Assembly (NCBI RefSeq): GCF_029255125.1
Contig: NZ_JAPUVR010000098.1
Span: forward strand, 6,927 to 70,926
Length of the DNA stretch: 64,000 nucleotides
Source of the DNA: Accumulibacter sp.
Lineage (GTDB): Bacteria; Pseudomonadota; Gammaproteobacteria; Burkholderiales; Rhodocyclaceae
Direction of reading: 5' to 3'
Made by a program: the position numbers and the translations under genes. Shown here piece after piece: positions 1 to 9,660 of the stretch; position 1 is the stretch's first letter; each line of letters begins with the position of its first letter. Under the pieces are notes generated by a model. It was not told where the DNA came from, did no database searches, and was given only the letters and a program-made list of their open reading frames with translations.

Positions 1-457
1 GCTCGCCTTGCCCGTCGAGCGAGTCTTCGTCACCGAGAACGAGACGAACTTCCTCGCCTTCCCGGAACTGGCGGAAGCCATCGTCGTCTTCGGCGCTGGC
101 TATGGTTGGGAGGCGCTATCGCGCGCCGGGTGGCTGCATCGATGCCAGTTGCATTACTGGGGCGACATCGACACCCACGGATTCGCCATCCTCGACCAAT
201 TGCGTGGCCACTTCCCGACCGCCGCGTCGTTCCTGATGGACCGCGAGACGCTGCTTGCCCATCGTTCGCACTGGGGCGAGGAACCCGAGCCTGCACGCCA
301 CGCCTTGTCGCGTCTGGCGAAGGACGAGGCTACGGTCTATGACGACCTCAGATTCGATCGCCTTCAGCCCAGACTGCGACTGGAGCAGGAGCGCGTGGGC
401 TTCGGCTGGCTGCGCGATCGACTGGCGGGTGTCCCCTCGGCTCGCTGTACCGGGTGA
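1..457 (+). CDS. jetD: Wadjet anti-plasmid system JetD-like protein (DUF3322/DUF2220, Toprim nuclease), C-terminal part; 5' end outside window
   Basis: Toprim-like motifs VTENETNF, FGAGY, HYWGDIDTHGFAIL and terminal RLEQERV, typical of DUF2220 proteins. Confidence 0.8.
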   Translation, partial: LALPVERVFVTENETNFLAFPELAEAIVVFGAGYGWEALSRAGWLHRCQLHYWGDIDTHGFAILDQLRGHFPTAASFLMDRETLLAHRSHWGEEPEPARHALSRLAKDEATVYDDLRFDRLQPRLRLEQERVGFGWLRDRLAGVPSARCTG

Positions 458-758
458 GCCTCTAGCTTCTGCTCCTGCCCTCACCACAACCCCATTTGTC
501 AGAGCGCTTGCCGCCGCCGTACCTCGAATCCAGGGCCACTCGGGGGACAAGAAAAAGCTCGAGATTCAGAAACAACGAACGAAGCTTGGAAGACTGCTGG
601 CGCTGGCGCCACAGCGCCCGAGAGACACATAGTCGATCCAACGCATCAGCGCCAGTTCTTCCGGAGCGACTTCACGTGGCTTGTCGGACGCGCTCCTACG
701 CGCCAGACGAAGGACTTGGTGCTGCCTTCGGCGCCGTTCGCTCCGACACGCCGGCCAC

Positions 759-2273
759 TCATCCCACGCTTCGCGATTCCGGGGCCCGCTCTCGGACGTG
801 TTGTTCGATGAAACGTTTGACCACTTGCGCGTCGACGTCGACGACTTCGACCCTTTGCGGGAGGCTTTCCAAGCCCTGCAGAGCCGGCGGGCGGGGCGGC
901 TCGCAACCCAGCGCCTCGCGGATGGTTTCTTCGAACTTGGCCGGCAAGGCGGTCTCGAGCACGATCATTGTCGTTTCCGCTGTGCGCAACTCGCGGGCGA
1001 CCTTCAGGCCATCGGCCGTATGCGGATCGATCATCAGGCCATGGTCTTCGTAGGTCTGCCGGATCGTTGCCAGACGGTCGGCGTGCGTGCTCCGACCGGA
1101 GACAAAACCAAATTCGGGCAGACGCTCGAACCAGGGTGAGGACGACAGGTCGAAGGCGCCCCCAGCATCGACTTCCGCCCACAACCGACGAACCGTCGCC
1201 GGATCGCGGCCAACGAGATCGAAGACGAAGCGCTCGAAGTTGGACGCCTTCGAGATGTCCATCGACGGGCTTGACGTCCGGTAGGTTTCGCCGGTCGGTC
1301 GCGGGCGATAGACACCGGTGCGAAAGAACTCATCGAGAACATCGTTTTCATTGGTCGCCACGACCAGGCGGCGAATCGGCAATCCCATCATGCGGGCAAT
1401 GTGGCCGGCACAAACGTTACCAAAGTTCCCCGACGGAACGGCGAAGTCAACCACCGGCACCGCGTCCGTCGCCGACTCGGCGGTGGCAGCCAGATAAGCT
1501 TTGAAGTAGTAGACCACCTGCGCAGCAACGCGCGCCCAATTGATCGAATTAACGGCGCCAATCTTGTACCGTGCTTTGAAGGGCAGATCGTTCGCAACCG
1601 CCTTGACGATATCCTGCGCGTCGTCGAATACGCCACGCACGGCGATGTTGAAGATGTTGGCGTCCTGCAGCGAGTACATCTGCGCGCGCTGAAAGGCGCT
1701 CATCCGCTCGTGCGGCGAGAGCATGAAGACGTGCACGCGCTGCTTGCCGCGCATCGCGTACTCGGCCGACGAGCCGGTGTCCCCGGAAGTAGCCGCCAGA
1801 ATGTTGATCTCTTCGCCACGTTTGGCGAGAACGTACTCGAACAGGTGGCCGAGCAACTGCATGGCCATGTCCTTGAAAGCCAGGGTCGGACCATTCGACA
1901 GTTCGAGCACGGCCAGCCCTCCCGCTTGGCGCGCGGCGTCCGGCGGCACAAGCCAGCTGAGCGGGGCGATCTCGTGCGCGCGCTCGGCAACTCGACCGTT
2001 GCCATACACCTGTGCCGTATAGGCTCGCCGGGTGAGCAGCGTGAGGTCGACGGGCGGAATATCGTCGACAAACTTGGCCAGAATGGCGCCGGCAAGATCA
2101 GCGTAATTCAGCGCCCGCCACTGGCCCAACTCGGCGCGGCTGACCAGCGGATACGTTTCGGGGACATAGAGACCACCGTCGGGCGCCAAGCCGGCAAGCA
2201 GAATGTCGCTGAAGGTCGGGCCCGGCGAGGCCGGGCTGGACCAAGGATGACCACGAGTCGAGAGATAGTGCAT
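759..2273 (-). CDS. thrC: Threonine synthase
   Basis: Start at MHYLSTRG; GLAPDGGLYVP, PLP lysine motif GPTLAFKDMAM, ATSGDTG, NSINWAR, PSGNFGN. Confidence 0.96.
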   Translation of the reverse strand: MHYLSTRGHPWSSPASPGPTFSDILLAGLAPDGGLYVPETYPLVSRAELGQWRALNYADLAGAILAKFVDDIPPVDLTLLTRRAYTAQVYGNGRVAERAHEIAPLSWLVPPDAARQAGGLAVLELSNGPTLAFKDMAMQLLGHLFEYVLAKRGEEINILAATSGDTGSSAEYAMRGKQRVHVFMLSPHERMSAFQRAQMYSLQDANIFNIAVRGVFDDAQDIVKAVANDLPFKARYKIGAVNSINWARVAAQVVYYFKAYLAATAESATDAVPVVDFAVPSGNFGNVCAGHIARMMGLPIRRLVVATNENDVLDEFFRTGVYRPRPTGETYRTSSPSMDISKASNFERFVFDLVGRDPATVRRLWAEVDAGGAFDLSSSPWFERLPEFGFVSGRSTHADRLATIRQTYEDHGLMIDPHTADGLKVARELRTAETTMIVLETALPAKFEETIREALGCEPPRPPALQGLESLPQRVEVVDVDAQVVKRFIEQHVRERAPESRSVG

Positions 2274-2379
2274 GGCGGGGATGATCGTCGGTGTAGCCGC
2301 GCTGTTCCGGCAGATGGGCAGTCCGGACAGTCTACCATGGCCGCGGACGCGGATTGCACGGCAGCCGGTAAGCGCGAAC

Positions 2380-3153
2380 TCAGCCGGCGATGATGCAGTT
2401 CTTGCCGGCGTCCTTGGCCGCGTAGGTCGCCTTGTCGGCGCGTCGCAAGGTCTTCTCCAGGACCTCGTCGAATCCGCGCACGACGACGCCGGCACTGAAG
2501 GTCAGCGCTGGGTGCTGATTGGCCATCCAGCCATCAGCGAGTTGCCGCTGAACCCGAGCGATCACCGCGGTCGCCTCGGCCAGTGCGGTGTCGGGGAGCA
2601 GGACGACAAACTCCTCGCCACCAAGACGTGCGACGATGTCCGACGGACGTAACGCCGCGCGCAAGGTGCTGACCAGATGAACCAGCGCCAGATCGCCGGC
2701 GTGGTGTCCCAAGGTGTCGTTCAAGCGCTTGAAATCGTCGAGATCGATCAAGGCCAGCGCCAGATCACGCCCATTGCGCTGCGCGCGTGCCGCTTCGCGG
2801 CGGTAGGCCGTATCGAAGCCGCGCCGATTGAGCGCACCGGTCAAAGCATCGGTATGAGCTGCCGCTCGCGCCTCTTGCAGCGCATTTTCGAGCTTGCGGA
2901 TGCGTGCTTCGGCGGCCAGCAAATCGAGTACGACCGTTTCCGTCTTGGCCAAGCCGACACGCGCGGCATGCAGCAGATGCCGCTGACCGCGACGACCCAC
3001 CGTATCGCTTCCAGGCGGACAAAGAGAGCTCGCAGCGGCAGCGTGACGCCAGTGAAGTCGGCGCGAAAGGCGCCTTGATGAATCAACCTGGGGAACCTCA
3101 GTGTGCTTGAACACTTTTCCTGCTCCGTTGGACGATCGGCTGTTGTCTGTCAT
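2380..3153 (-). CDS. Diguanylate cyclase (GGDEF domain, short coiled-coil N-terminus); start codon uncertain
   Basis: DALTGALNRR, DLDDFKRLNDTLGH, I-site RPSD five residues before GGEEF, terminal AKDAGKN. Confidence 0.9.
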   Translation of the reverse strand: MTDNSRSSNGAGKVFKHTEVPQVDSSRRLSRRLHWRHAAAASSLCPPGSDTVGRRGQRHLLHAARVGLAKTETVVLDLLAAEARIRKLENALQEARAAAHTDALTGALNRRGFDTAYRREAARAQRNGRDLALALIDLDDFKRLNDTLGHHAGDLALVHLVSTLRAALRPSDIVARLGGEEFVVLLPDTALAEATAVIARVQRQLADGWMANQHPALTFSAGVVVRGFDEVLEKTLRRADKATYAAKDAGKNCIIAG

Positions 3154-3587
3154 GCATCCTCAAACGGTGATTTGTCGCTGTTCTTGAGACTTTTTTTGCG
3201 AAAAGCGGGTAGCCAACTGTTTACACTGGCAAAGAAGTGTGAACTTCGGATCTCGTCAGAGTCCGTCTGGAAGAACTCAAGGCAGTCGCCGGGGACAGGA
3301 TGCTGCGCCGCAGGTGGCCGCGGGAGCTGCTCCAGCAGACCATGGATCGACACGCCCGCCGCTAAGTGCGCACAATTGCACGTCCACTGGGCAATTGTTG
3401 TCCGACAGCGCCTGATAGTCTGCCGAGCTAATATAAAATGTAATCGGATGTTGGCTACGACGCTTCTGCCTGCGTCGAGCGGGGGGTTGTCGATGGGAAC
3501 GGCTGTCGGAACGGGAAAAATGCGGGTCACCGGGGTCCGACCGCTCGTGCGCCGGCGCTGACCCGTGCTGATGAACGGTGGTTTCTG

Positions 3588-5183
3588 ATGTTGATGCTAA
3601 GACAAGTCCTCCAGGCAATCCTGGTCGCGCTGACGATCGCTCAATGCTCGACGGCTCTTGCCATCGAGCGGCGTGTGGCGCTCGTGATCGGCAACGCCAA
3701 ATACAAGGAAGCTCCACTTTACAACCCGGTCAATGACGCGCGCGACATGGCCGCCGCTCTGCAACGGACAGGCTTCGAGGTGATCATCGCGCTCGACGCA
3801 ACGCAGAAGGAAATGAACCGGGCGATCGCCAGGTTCGGCGAGCGGCTGACGCTGGATAGCGTGGCCCTGTTCTACTACGCCGGACACGGCATGCAGGTGC
3901 GCGGCAAGAACTACCTGATTCCAATCGACGCCGAGATCAAGACCGAGTCTTCCGTGCGCGTCGAGTCGGTCGACGTTGACGGCGTACTCGACCAACTGAG
4001 CACCAGCGAACTGAACGTCGTCATCCTCGACGCTTGTCGGAACAATCCCTTCGAACGGCGGGCAAACCGCAGCGTTGGCGCGGCCGGTCTGGCGCAAATG
4101 GAGGCACCGAAGGGCAGCCTGATCGCCTATGCGACCGCGCCGGGCCGCACTGCAGCCGACGGCGAAGGCCGCAACGGACTCTATACGCAGGAACTTCTGA
4201 AGCAGTTGCAAGTGCCCGGCCTGACCATCGAGCAGGTATTCAAGAACGTCCGGCGCGAAGTTGCAAAGGCAACGCGCGACGGCCAGATCCCCTGGGAATC
4301 GTCGTCGATGACGGGTGACTTCTACTTCATGCCGGTCGCCCGTCCGTCCGCGGCAAGTGTCCAGCCGATTGCCGTCCGCCCGCTGCCTGTGGCGACGGCT
4401 TCACCGGCGCAGGTACAGGACCTCAAGCAGGCGCCCGCCCCGACACGACAGAATGGCGGCGCGAGCAGCGGCGAGGCGGCTCCCGCGGCAAGCGCCCAGA
4501 AGCCAGCCGCGCTGACCGCGGAAAGCCCGCCGGCGACCGCACCTGCAGCGCCGGTCCCGCCCAGGGTGGAGACGCTGGCCGCGGTGACGCCGACCCCTGT
4601 CCCGCCCGAGGCGGCGCCGATCACCGCTGTCAGCAAGAGCGACCCGGTGCTTGAGGCCAAGGAGAGGGTCATCAAAACCGAGGCCTTCACCGCCACCGGT
4701 CGCCTGTCGCTCGATCGCTCGTCGGGCGCAATGAGCGGGGAAGGAACCATCGAGTGGGTCAATGGCGATCGCTACGAGGGAACGATGGCGTCCGGCCGGA
4801 AACACGGCAAGGGCATCTTCACCTGGAGCAACGGACAGCGGTATGAGGGAGAGTGGGCCGACGACATGATCAACGGCAAGGGCATCATGTACTACACGAA
4901 CGGCGACCGCTATGAAGGGACCTTCAAGGACGGCGAACCGCACGGAACGGGAAGCTATACCGTGCGTAACGGCGATGTCTATACGGGCGCCTGGGTTAGC
5001 GGCAACCGCCACGGCTTTGGTCGCCTGACGTGGTCAACCGGCGACTATTGGGAAGGCGAGTTCCGTGACGGAAAACAAACCGACAACGGCCGCATGCATT
5101 CGACCCTGTCGGTCATCGACAAGAGCGCCGAGCCGGCCGCCGCGACGAGCGACAAGAGCGGCGCCCGGAAGAAGGGCAAGTAG
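3588..5183 (+). CDS. Secreted caspase-like peptidase (C14) with Pro/Ala linker and C-terminal MORN repeats
   Basis: Signal-peptide-like N-terminus; RVALVIGN, catalytic YAGHG and LDACR; five 23-aa GxGxxxxxNGxxYxGxW/F repeats. Confidence 0.88.
   Translation: MLMLRQVLQAILVALTIAQCSTALAIERRVALVIGNAKYKEAPLYNPVNDARDMAAALQRTGFEVIIALDATQKEMNRAIARFGERLTLDSVALFYYAGHGMQVRGKNYLIPIDAEIKTESSVRVESVDVDGVLDQLSTSELNVVILDACRNNPFERRANRSVGAAGLAQMEAPKGSLIAYATAPGRTAADGEGRNGLYTQELLKQLQVPGLTIEQVFKNVRREVAKATRDGQIPWESSSMTGDFYFMPVARPSAASVQPIAVRPLPVATASPAQVQDLKQAPAPTRQNGGASSGEAAPAASAQKPAALTAESPPATAPAAPVPPRVETLAAVTPTPVPPEAAPITAVSKSDPVLEAKERVIKTEAFTATGRLSLDRSSGAMSGEGTIEWVNGDRYEGTMASGRKHGKGIFTWSNGQRYEGEWADDMINGKGIMYYTNGDRYEGTFKDGEPHGTGSYTVRNGDVYTGAWVSGNRHGFGRLTWSTGDYWEGEFRDGKQTDNGRMHSTLSVIDKSAEPAAATSDKSGARKKGK
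4737..5081 (+). repeat. Five tandem MORN-type repeats (69-bp period) inside the caspase-like CDS
   Basis: GEGTIEWVNGDRYEG.., GKGIFTWSNGQRYEG.., GKGIMYYTNGDRYEG.., GTGSYTVRNGDVYTG.., GFGRLTWSTGDYWEG.. Confidence 0.85.
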
Positions 5184-5219
5184 GCGCCGCTGCTTCACAT
5201 CAACCGGTGACACGACCGG

Positions 5220-6317
5220 TCAGGACAGGCAGTCGGCGAGGATCGCCGCCGCTGCGTCGGCACCGCCAGCCTGTGGAATCGGTGGCGCGGTCTGGCGAAA
5301 CAAGTCATCGAGTGCACCGGCGATGCTTGACGCGCTCAGTTCGGATTCGTCGATTGCCCGGCAGCGAGCGTTCTTTTCCAGCCAGGCGATCAAGGGTTCC
5401 TGTTCGGGCCAATTGTCGCGCCGGAGGTAAAGCACGGGCGTGCCGTTGCACGCGGCCTCGGTGAACGTACCGTAGCCGGGTTTGGTCAGCACGGCATCGA
5501 CCGAACAGATGAGGTCGGTGAACGCCAGACCGAGGCCTTCCAGAGCATGGGCGACAGGGCACGCGCTGTGCCAGGTCTGCGGCACCAGCCAGCGCAGCTT
5601 GCCGGCGAGCGGCCAGTCGGCAATCGACAAGCGCTTGTCGAACCCGCCAAAAGCCACCAACAGCAGGCGTTCATCGCGCGCGCAGCCGAGCTTCTCGCGC
5701 AGTTCGCGGCGGTGTGAGCGACCGATGGCAGCCACTGGACCTATGTTGCGCAGCCGGCGAAGATCGGCCATCGGCATTGCCGGTGTAAGGCGCAGGAAGA
5801 ACTCCGTGCTGTTGTATGCAGCCAGCATCTCGTGGTGAATCGGCGCGGCCCAGGGTTCGCTGGCGAAGAAATGCGCGAACAGCTCAGCCCAGTTGAGCGA
5901 GCACATGGCGATCGACGGAATCCGCGCGCGTTGCGCGCCGGCCAGCGGCAGATAGGCAACATCGCTGAGCACCAGATCAGGCCCTAGCGCAGCCAGGAAA
6001 GCCGTTTCACGAGCCAGAAGCTGCTCCCAATCGGCATGCTGACGCTGATAGGCAAGCGCCGTCGCAGCGAGATCGACGCGCGTAGCATCGCGCATGACGT
6101 AGCCAAAATCGCTCGCCCCGGGCAGATGGGTAAAGGTGGTGACGATGCGCGCGCGCAGTTGACTGCTCGACAGGCCGCTGCGCAGCGAAATGCGCAGCTT
6201 CGGCAAGCGCGCGCCAAGCGCGTTCAGGACGGGCGCCACCTGCGCCAAGTGGCCCAGGCCATGCGCCGAAACATCAACCAGCAGATGCGTGGCGATCGTC
6301 GGCTTCATCGAGGTCAT
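5220..6317 (-). CDS. GT-B fold glycosyltransferase-like protein
   Basis: N-terminal HGLGHLAQ motif; C-terminal DAVLTKPGYGTFTEA and RDNWPEQ nucleotide-sugar-binding region. Confidence 0.7.
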   Translation of the reverse strand: MTSMKPTIATHLLVDVSAHGLGHLAQVAPVLNALGARLPKLRISLRSGLSSSQLRARIVTTFTHLPGASDFGYVMRDATRVDLAATALAYQRQHADWEQLLARETAFLAALGPDLVLSDVAYLPLAGAQRARIPSIAMCSLNWAELFAHFFASEPWAAPIHHEMLAAYNSTEFFLRLTPAMPMADLRRLRNIGPVAAIGRSHRRELREKLGCARDERLLLVAFGGFDKRLSIADWPLAGKLRWLVPQTWHSACPVAHALEGLGLAFTDLICSVDAVLTKPGYGTFTEAACNGTPVLYLRRDNWPEQEPLIAWLEKNARCRAIDESELSASSIAGALDDLFRQTAPPIPQAGGADAAAAILADCLS

Positions 6318-6481
6318 CGCAGGGATTTCAGGAACATACGGTCGCCGTTCCGGCAGAAGGGCGAAGCTTGCCTGCCCGGCAGGCGCTGAAGTGGCACAGG
6401 CGAAGCCCCGAACAGCCTGGCCGGCAGGGTAAAATGCGACACGCTCCCCATCTTACCTGCATTTTCCTGACTGTTTCGCCC

Positions 6482-7936
6482 ATGCCCGAAGAGATCCTGA
6501 TCAATTTTACGCCTCAGGAAACCCGCGTCGCCGTCATGCACCAAGGTGTCACGCAGGAACTGCACATTGAACGAAGTGCCAGCCGTGGCTTCGTCGGTAA
6601 TGTCTACCTGGGACGGATCGCCCGGATTCTGCCAGGGATGCAGTCGGCCTTTATCGACATCGGCCTTGACCGGACTGCTTTCCTGCATGTCGCCGACATT
6701 CGCGAACCGCGCTCCGGCGACGAGCCGCTGCGCCCGATCGAACGCCTGCTCGCCGAGGGGCAGAGCATCGTCGTGCAGGTGATCAAGGATCCGATGGGCA
6801 GCAAGGGCGCGCGCCTATCGACACAGGTATCGATCGCCGGACGTATGCTGGTCTACCTGCCACAGGACAGACACATCGGAATTTCGCAGCGCATCGAAAA
6901 GGAATCCGAACGCGAAGCGCTGCGCCAGCGGCTTGGCCGCCTCGTTCCGGATGAAGAAACGGGGGGTTTCATCGTACGGACAATGGCCGAGAACGCGAGC
7001 GAGAACGAGCTGACCAAAGACATCGAGTTCTTGCGCAAGATTTGGCGCGATATCCAGTTGCAATCGGCGACCGCCGCACCGCCGGCGCTGCTGTACCAGG
7101 AACTGTCGCTGGCGCAGCGGGTCTTGCGCGACTTCGTCAATCCGGAGACGACGCGCATCGTCATCGACTCGCGCGAGAACTTCCAGCGGCTGAGATCGTT
7201 CGCCAGCGAGTACACGCCGACGGTAGCGCCCTTGCTACAGCATTACACTGGCGAACGGCCGCTCTTCGATCTGCACGGGGTCGAGGACGAAATCCAGAAA
7301 GCGCTGGCCCGACGCGTCGACCTCAAATCCGGCGGCTATCTGATCATCGATCAGACCGAAGCGATGACGACTATCGACGTCAACACCGGAGGATTCGTTG
7401 GCGTACGCAATTTCGACGACACGATCTTCAAGACGAATCTCGAAGCGGCGCAGACGATCGCGCGCCAGCTTCGCCTGCGTAATCTCGGCGGCATCATCAT
7501 TATCGACTTCATCGACATGGAGAGTGAAGAGCATCGTACGGCGGTGCTTGCCGAGTTCAACCGGGCGCTCGCGCGCGACCACACTCGGCTGACGGTCAAC
7601 GGCTTCACCGCGCTCGGCCTTGTCGAAATGACACGCAAACGCACGCGCGAATCGCTGGCGCACGTGCTGTGTGAGGAGTGCCCTACCTGCGGTGGGCGCG
7701 GCGAAGTGCGCACAGCACGTACCGTGTGCTACGAAATCCTGCGCGAACTGCTACGCGAAGCGCGTCAGTTCAATGCGCGCGAGTATCGCGTGCTGGGCAG
7801 CCAAGCCGTCATCGACCGCTTCCTTGACGAAGAATCGCAAGGCTTGGCGATGCTGTCCGATTTCATCGGCAAACCGATCTCGCTACAGGCCGAACCGAGC
7901 TACTCACAGGAACAGTACGACATCGTGCTGATGTAA
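6482..7936 (+). CDS. rng: Ribonuclease G (Rne/Rng family)
   Basis: MPEEILIN start, S1 domain (GNVYLGRI..LPGMQSAFIDIG), IDVNTG, NLGGIIIIDFIDM, CxxCxGxG. Confidence 0.96.
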   Translation: MPEEILINFTPQETRVAVMHQGVTQELHIERSASRGFVGNVYLGRIARILPGMQSAFIDIGLDRTAFLHVADIREPRSGDEPLRPIERLLAEGQSIVVQVIKDPMGSKGARLSTQVSIAGRMLVYLPQDRHIGISQRIEKESEREALRQRLGRLVPDEETGGFIVRTMAENASENELTKDIEFLRKIWRDIQLQSATAAPPALLYQELSLAQRVLRDFVNPETTRIVIDSRENFQRLRSFASEYTPTVAPLLQHYTGERPLFDLHGVEDEIQKALARRVDLKSGGYLIIDQTEAMTTIDVNTGGFVGVRNFDDTIFKTNLEAAQTIARQLRLRNLGGIIIIDFIDMESEEHRTAVLAEFNRALARDHTRLTVNGFTALGLVEMTRKRTRESLAHVLCEECPTCGGRGEVRTARTVCYEILRELLREARQFNAREYRVLGSQAVIDRFLDEESQGLAMLSDFIGKPISLQAEPSYSQEQYDIVLM

Positions 7937-8091
7937 CGATGCGGCAACGGGGCTTGCCAGGCAGCCGCCAGGTGATCGGGCAGCCGGCCAGCGGCGCACC
8001 TGCCGGCGGTCACGCGACTGGTGTTCAATTTTCTTGCTGCGGCGACCCTGAGGGCGGAACCCGCCCTTGCTCAACCCACCCTGGAACGTGA

Positions 8092-9630
8092 ATGAACCTG
8101 CTCAGAAGCCTTGCCACAGTCAGCAGCATGACGCTGTTGTCGCGCATCCTCGGTTTCGTGCGCGATTTTGTGATTGCCCGTAGCTTCGGCGCGGGAATAC
8201 TGACGGACGCCTTCTTCGTCGCCTTCAAGCTACCCAATCTGCTGCGCCGGCTGTTCGCCGAGGGGGCTTTCTCGCAGGCTTTCGTTCCCGTCCTGGGCGA
8301 GTACAAGAACCGCTACGGTGCAAACGAAACCCGACAACTGGTCGACCGTGTGGTCAGCCTGCTGTTTCTCGTTGTCCTCGGCGTCACCGTGCTCGGCATG
8401 CTGGCCGCACCGATACTCGTCTATGTCTCGGCCCCCGGCTTTGCAGCCGACAGCGCCAAGTTCGCCTTGACCGTTGAACTGACGCGCATCACGTTTCCCT
8501 ACATCCTCTTCATGTCGCTGGTTGCCGTCGCCGGCGGCATCCTCAATACCTGGAGCCGCTTCGCCGTTCCCGCCTTCACGCCGGTTCTGCTCAATCTGTC
8601 GCTGATCCTGATGGCGCTCTTCGCAACGCCGTACTTCGACCCGCCGATCGTCGCGCTCGCCTGGGCGGTCTTTCTCGGCGGCGCATTGCAGCTCATCTTC
8701 CAGATCCCCAGCCTCGTTCGCCTGGGCATGCTGCCACGCTTTTCGTTGAGTTTGCAGGATGCCGGCGTGCGGCGCATTTTCCGCTTGATGGCGCCGGCCG
8801 TGCTGGGAGTTTCGGTGGCCCAGGTCAGCCTGCTGCTGAACAGTATCTTTGCCTCCTTCCTGAATACCGGCAGTGTTTCCTGGCTCTATTACGCCGATCG
8901 CCTGATGGAATTTCCGGCCGGCCTGCTCGGCGCCGCATTGGGCACCATCCTCCTGCCCTCGCTGAGCAAGTCACACGCCACCGGCCGGCATGAGGAGTAC
9001 TCGCAGCTCCTCGACTGGGGTCTGCGACTGACCTTCCTGCTCGCTGCGCCCGCGGCGCTGGCGCTCGCCATTCTTGCCGTCCCGCTGGTGACGACGCTTT
9101 TTCATCACGGTGCCTTCACGCCGAATGACGTGATGCGCACGCGCGAGGCGCTCGTCGCTTACAGCATCGGCCTGCTCGGAATGATTCTGGTCAAGGTTCT
9201 GGCGCCCGGTTTCTACGCGCGCCAGAACGTGCGCACACCCGTGCGTATCGCCTTGCTCTGCCTACTGGTCACTCAGCTTTTGAATCTGCTGCTGATCCCG
9301 TGGCTGCAGCATGCCGGCCTGGCGCTCGCCATCGGCCTCGCTGCGTGTTTGAATGCCGCACTCCTCTATCGGGGTCTGCGCCGGCAAGGCATCTACTCGC
9401 CGCTGTCCGGCTGGCTAGGCTTCTACGGCAAGCTGGCCGTCGGCCTGCTGGCGATGGCTGCGGCGCTCTGGTTTTCTGCTGGCGCCAACGACGCCTGGTT
9501 GAGCTGGGGTCTGGCGGCCCGTCTGTTGCGTCTTTCCCTCGTCGTGGGCTTCGGCGCGACGGTCTATTTCGCTACACTATGGGTCGCAGGTTTCCGCCTG
9601 AGCGATTTCAGACGCCGGGCGGCCGAGTGA
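8092..9630 (+). CDS. murJ: Lipid II flippase MurJ (MviN)
   Basis: MNLLRSLATVSSMTLLSRILGFVRD, LPNLLRRLFAEGAFSQAFVP, LYYADRLMEFP. Confidence 0.97.
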   Translation: MNLLRSLATVSSMTLLSRILGFVRDFVIARSFGAGILTDAFFVAFKLPNLLRRLFAEGAFSQAFVPVLGEYKNRYGANETRQLVDRVVSLLFLVVLGVTVLGMLAAPILVYVSAPGFAADSAKFALTVELTRITFPYILFMSLVAVAGGILNTWSRFAVPAFTPVLLNLSLILMALFATPYFDPPIVALAWAVFLGGALQLIFQIPSLVRLGMLPRFSLSLQDAGVRRIFRLMAPAVLGVSVAQVSLLLNSIFASFLNTGSVSWLYYADRLMEFPAGLLGAALGTILLPSLSKSHATGRHEEYSQLLDWGLRLTFLLAAPAALALAILAVPLVTTLFHHGAFTPNDVMRTREALVAYSIGLLGMILVKVLAPGFYARQNVRTPVRIALLCLLVTQLLNLLLIPWLQHAGLALAIGLAACLNAALLYRGLRRQGIYSPLSGWLGFYGKLAVGLLAMAAALWFSAGANDAWLSWGLAARLLRLSLVVGFGATVYFATLWVAGFRLSDFRRRAAE

Positions 9631-9660
9631 AATCAGCATGACCAACCAGGAGGAACGACA

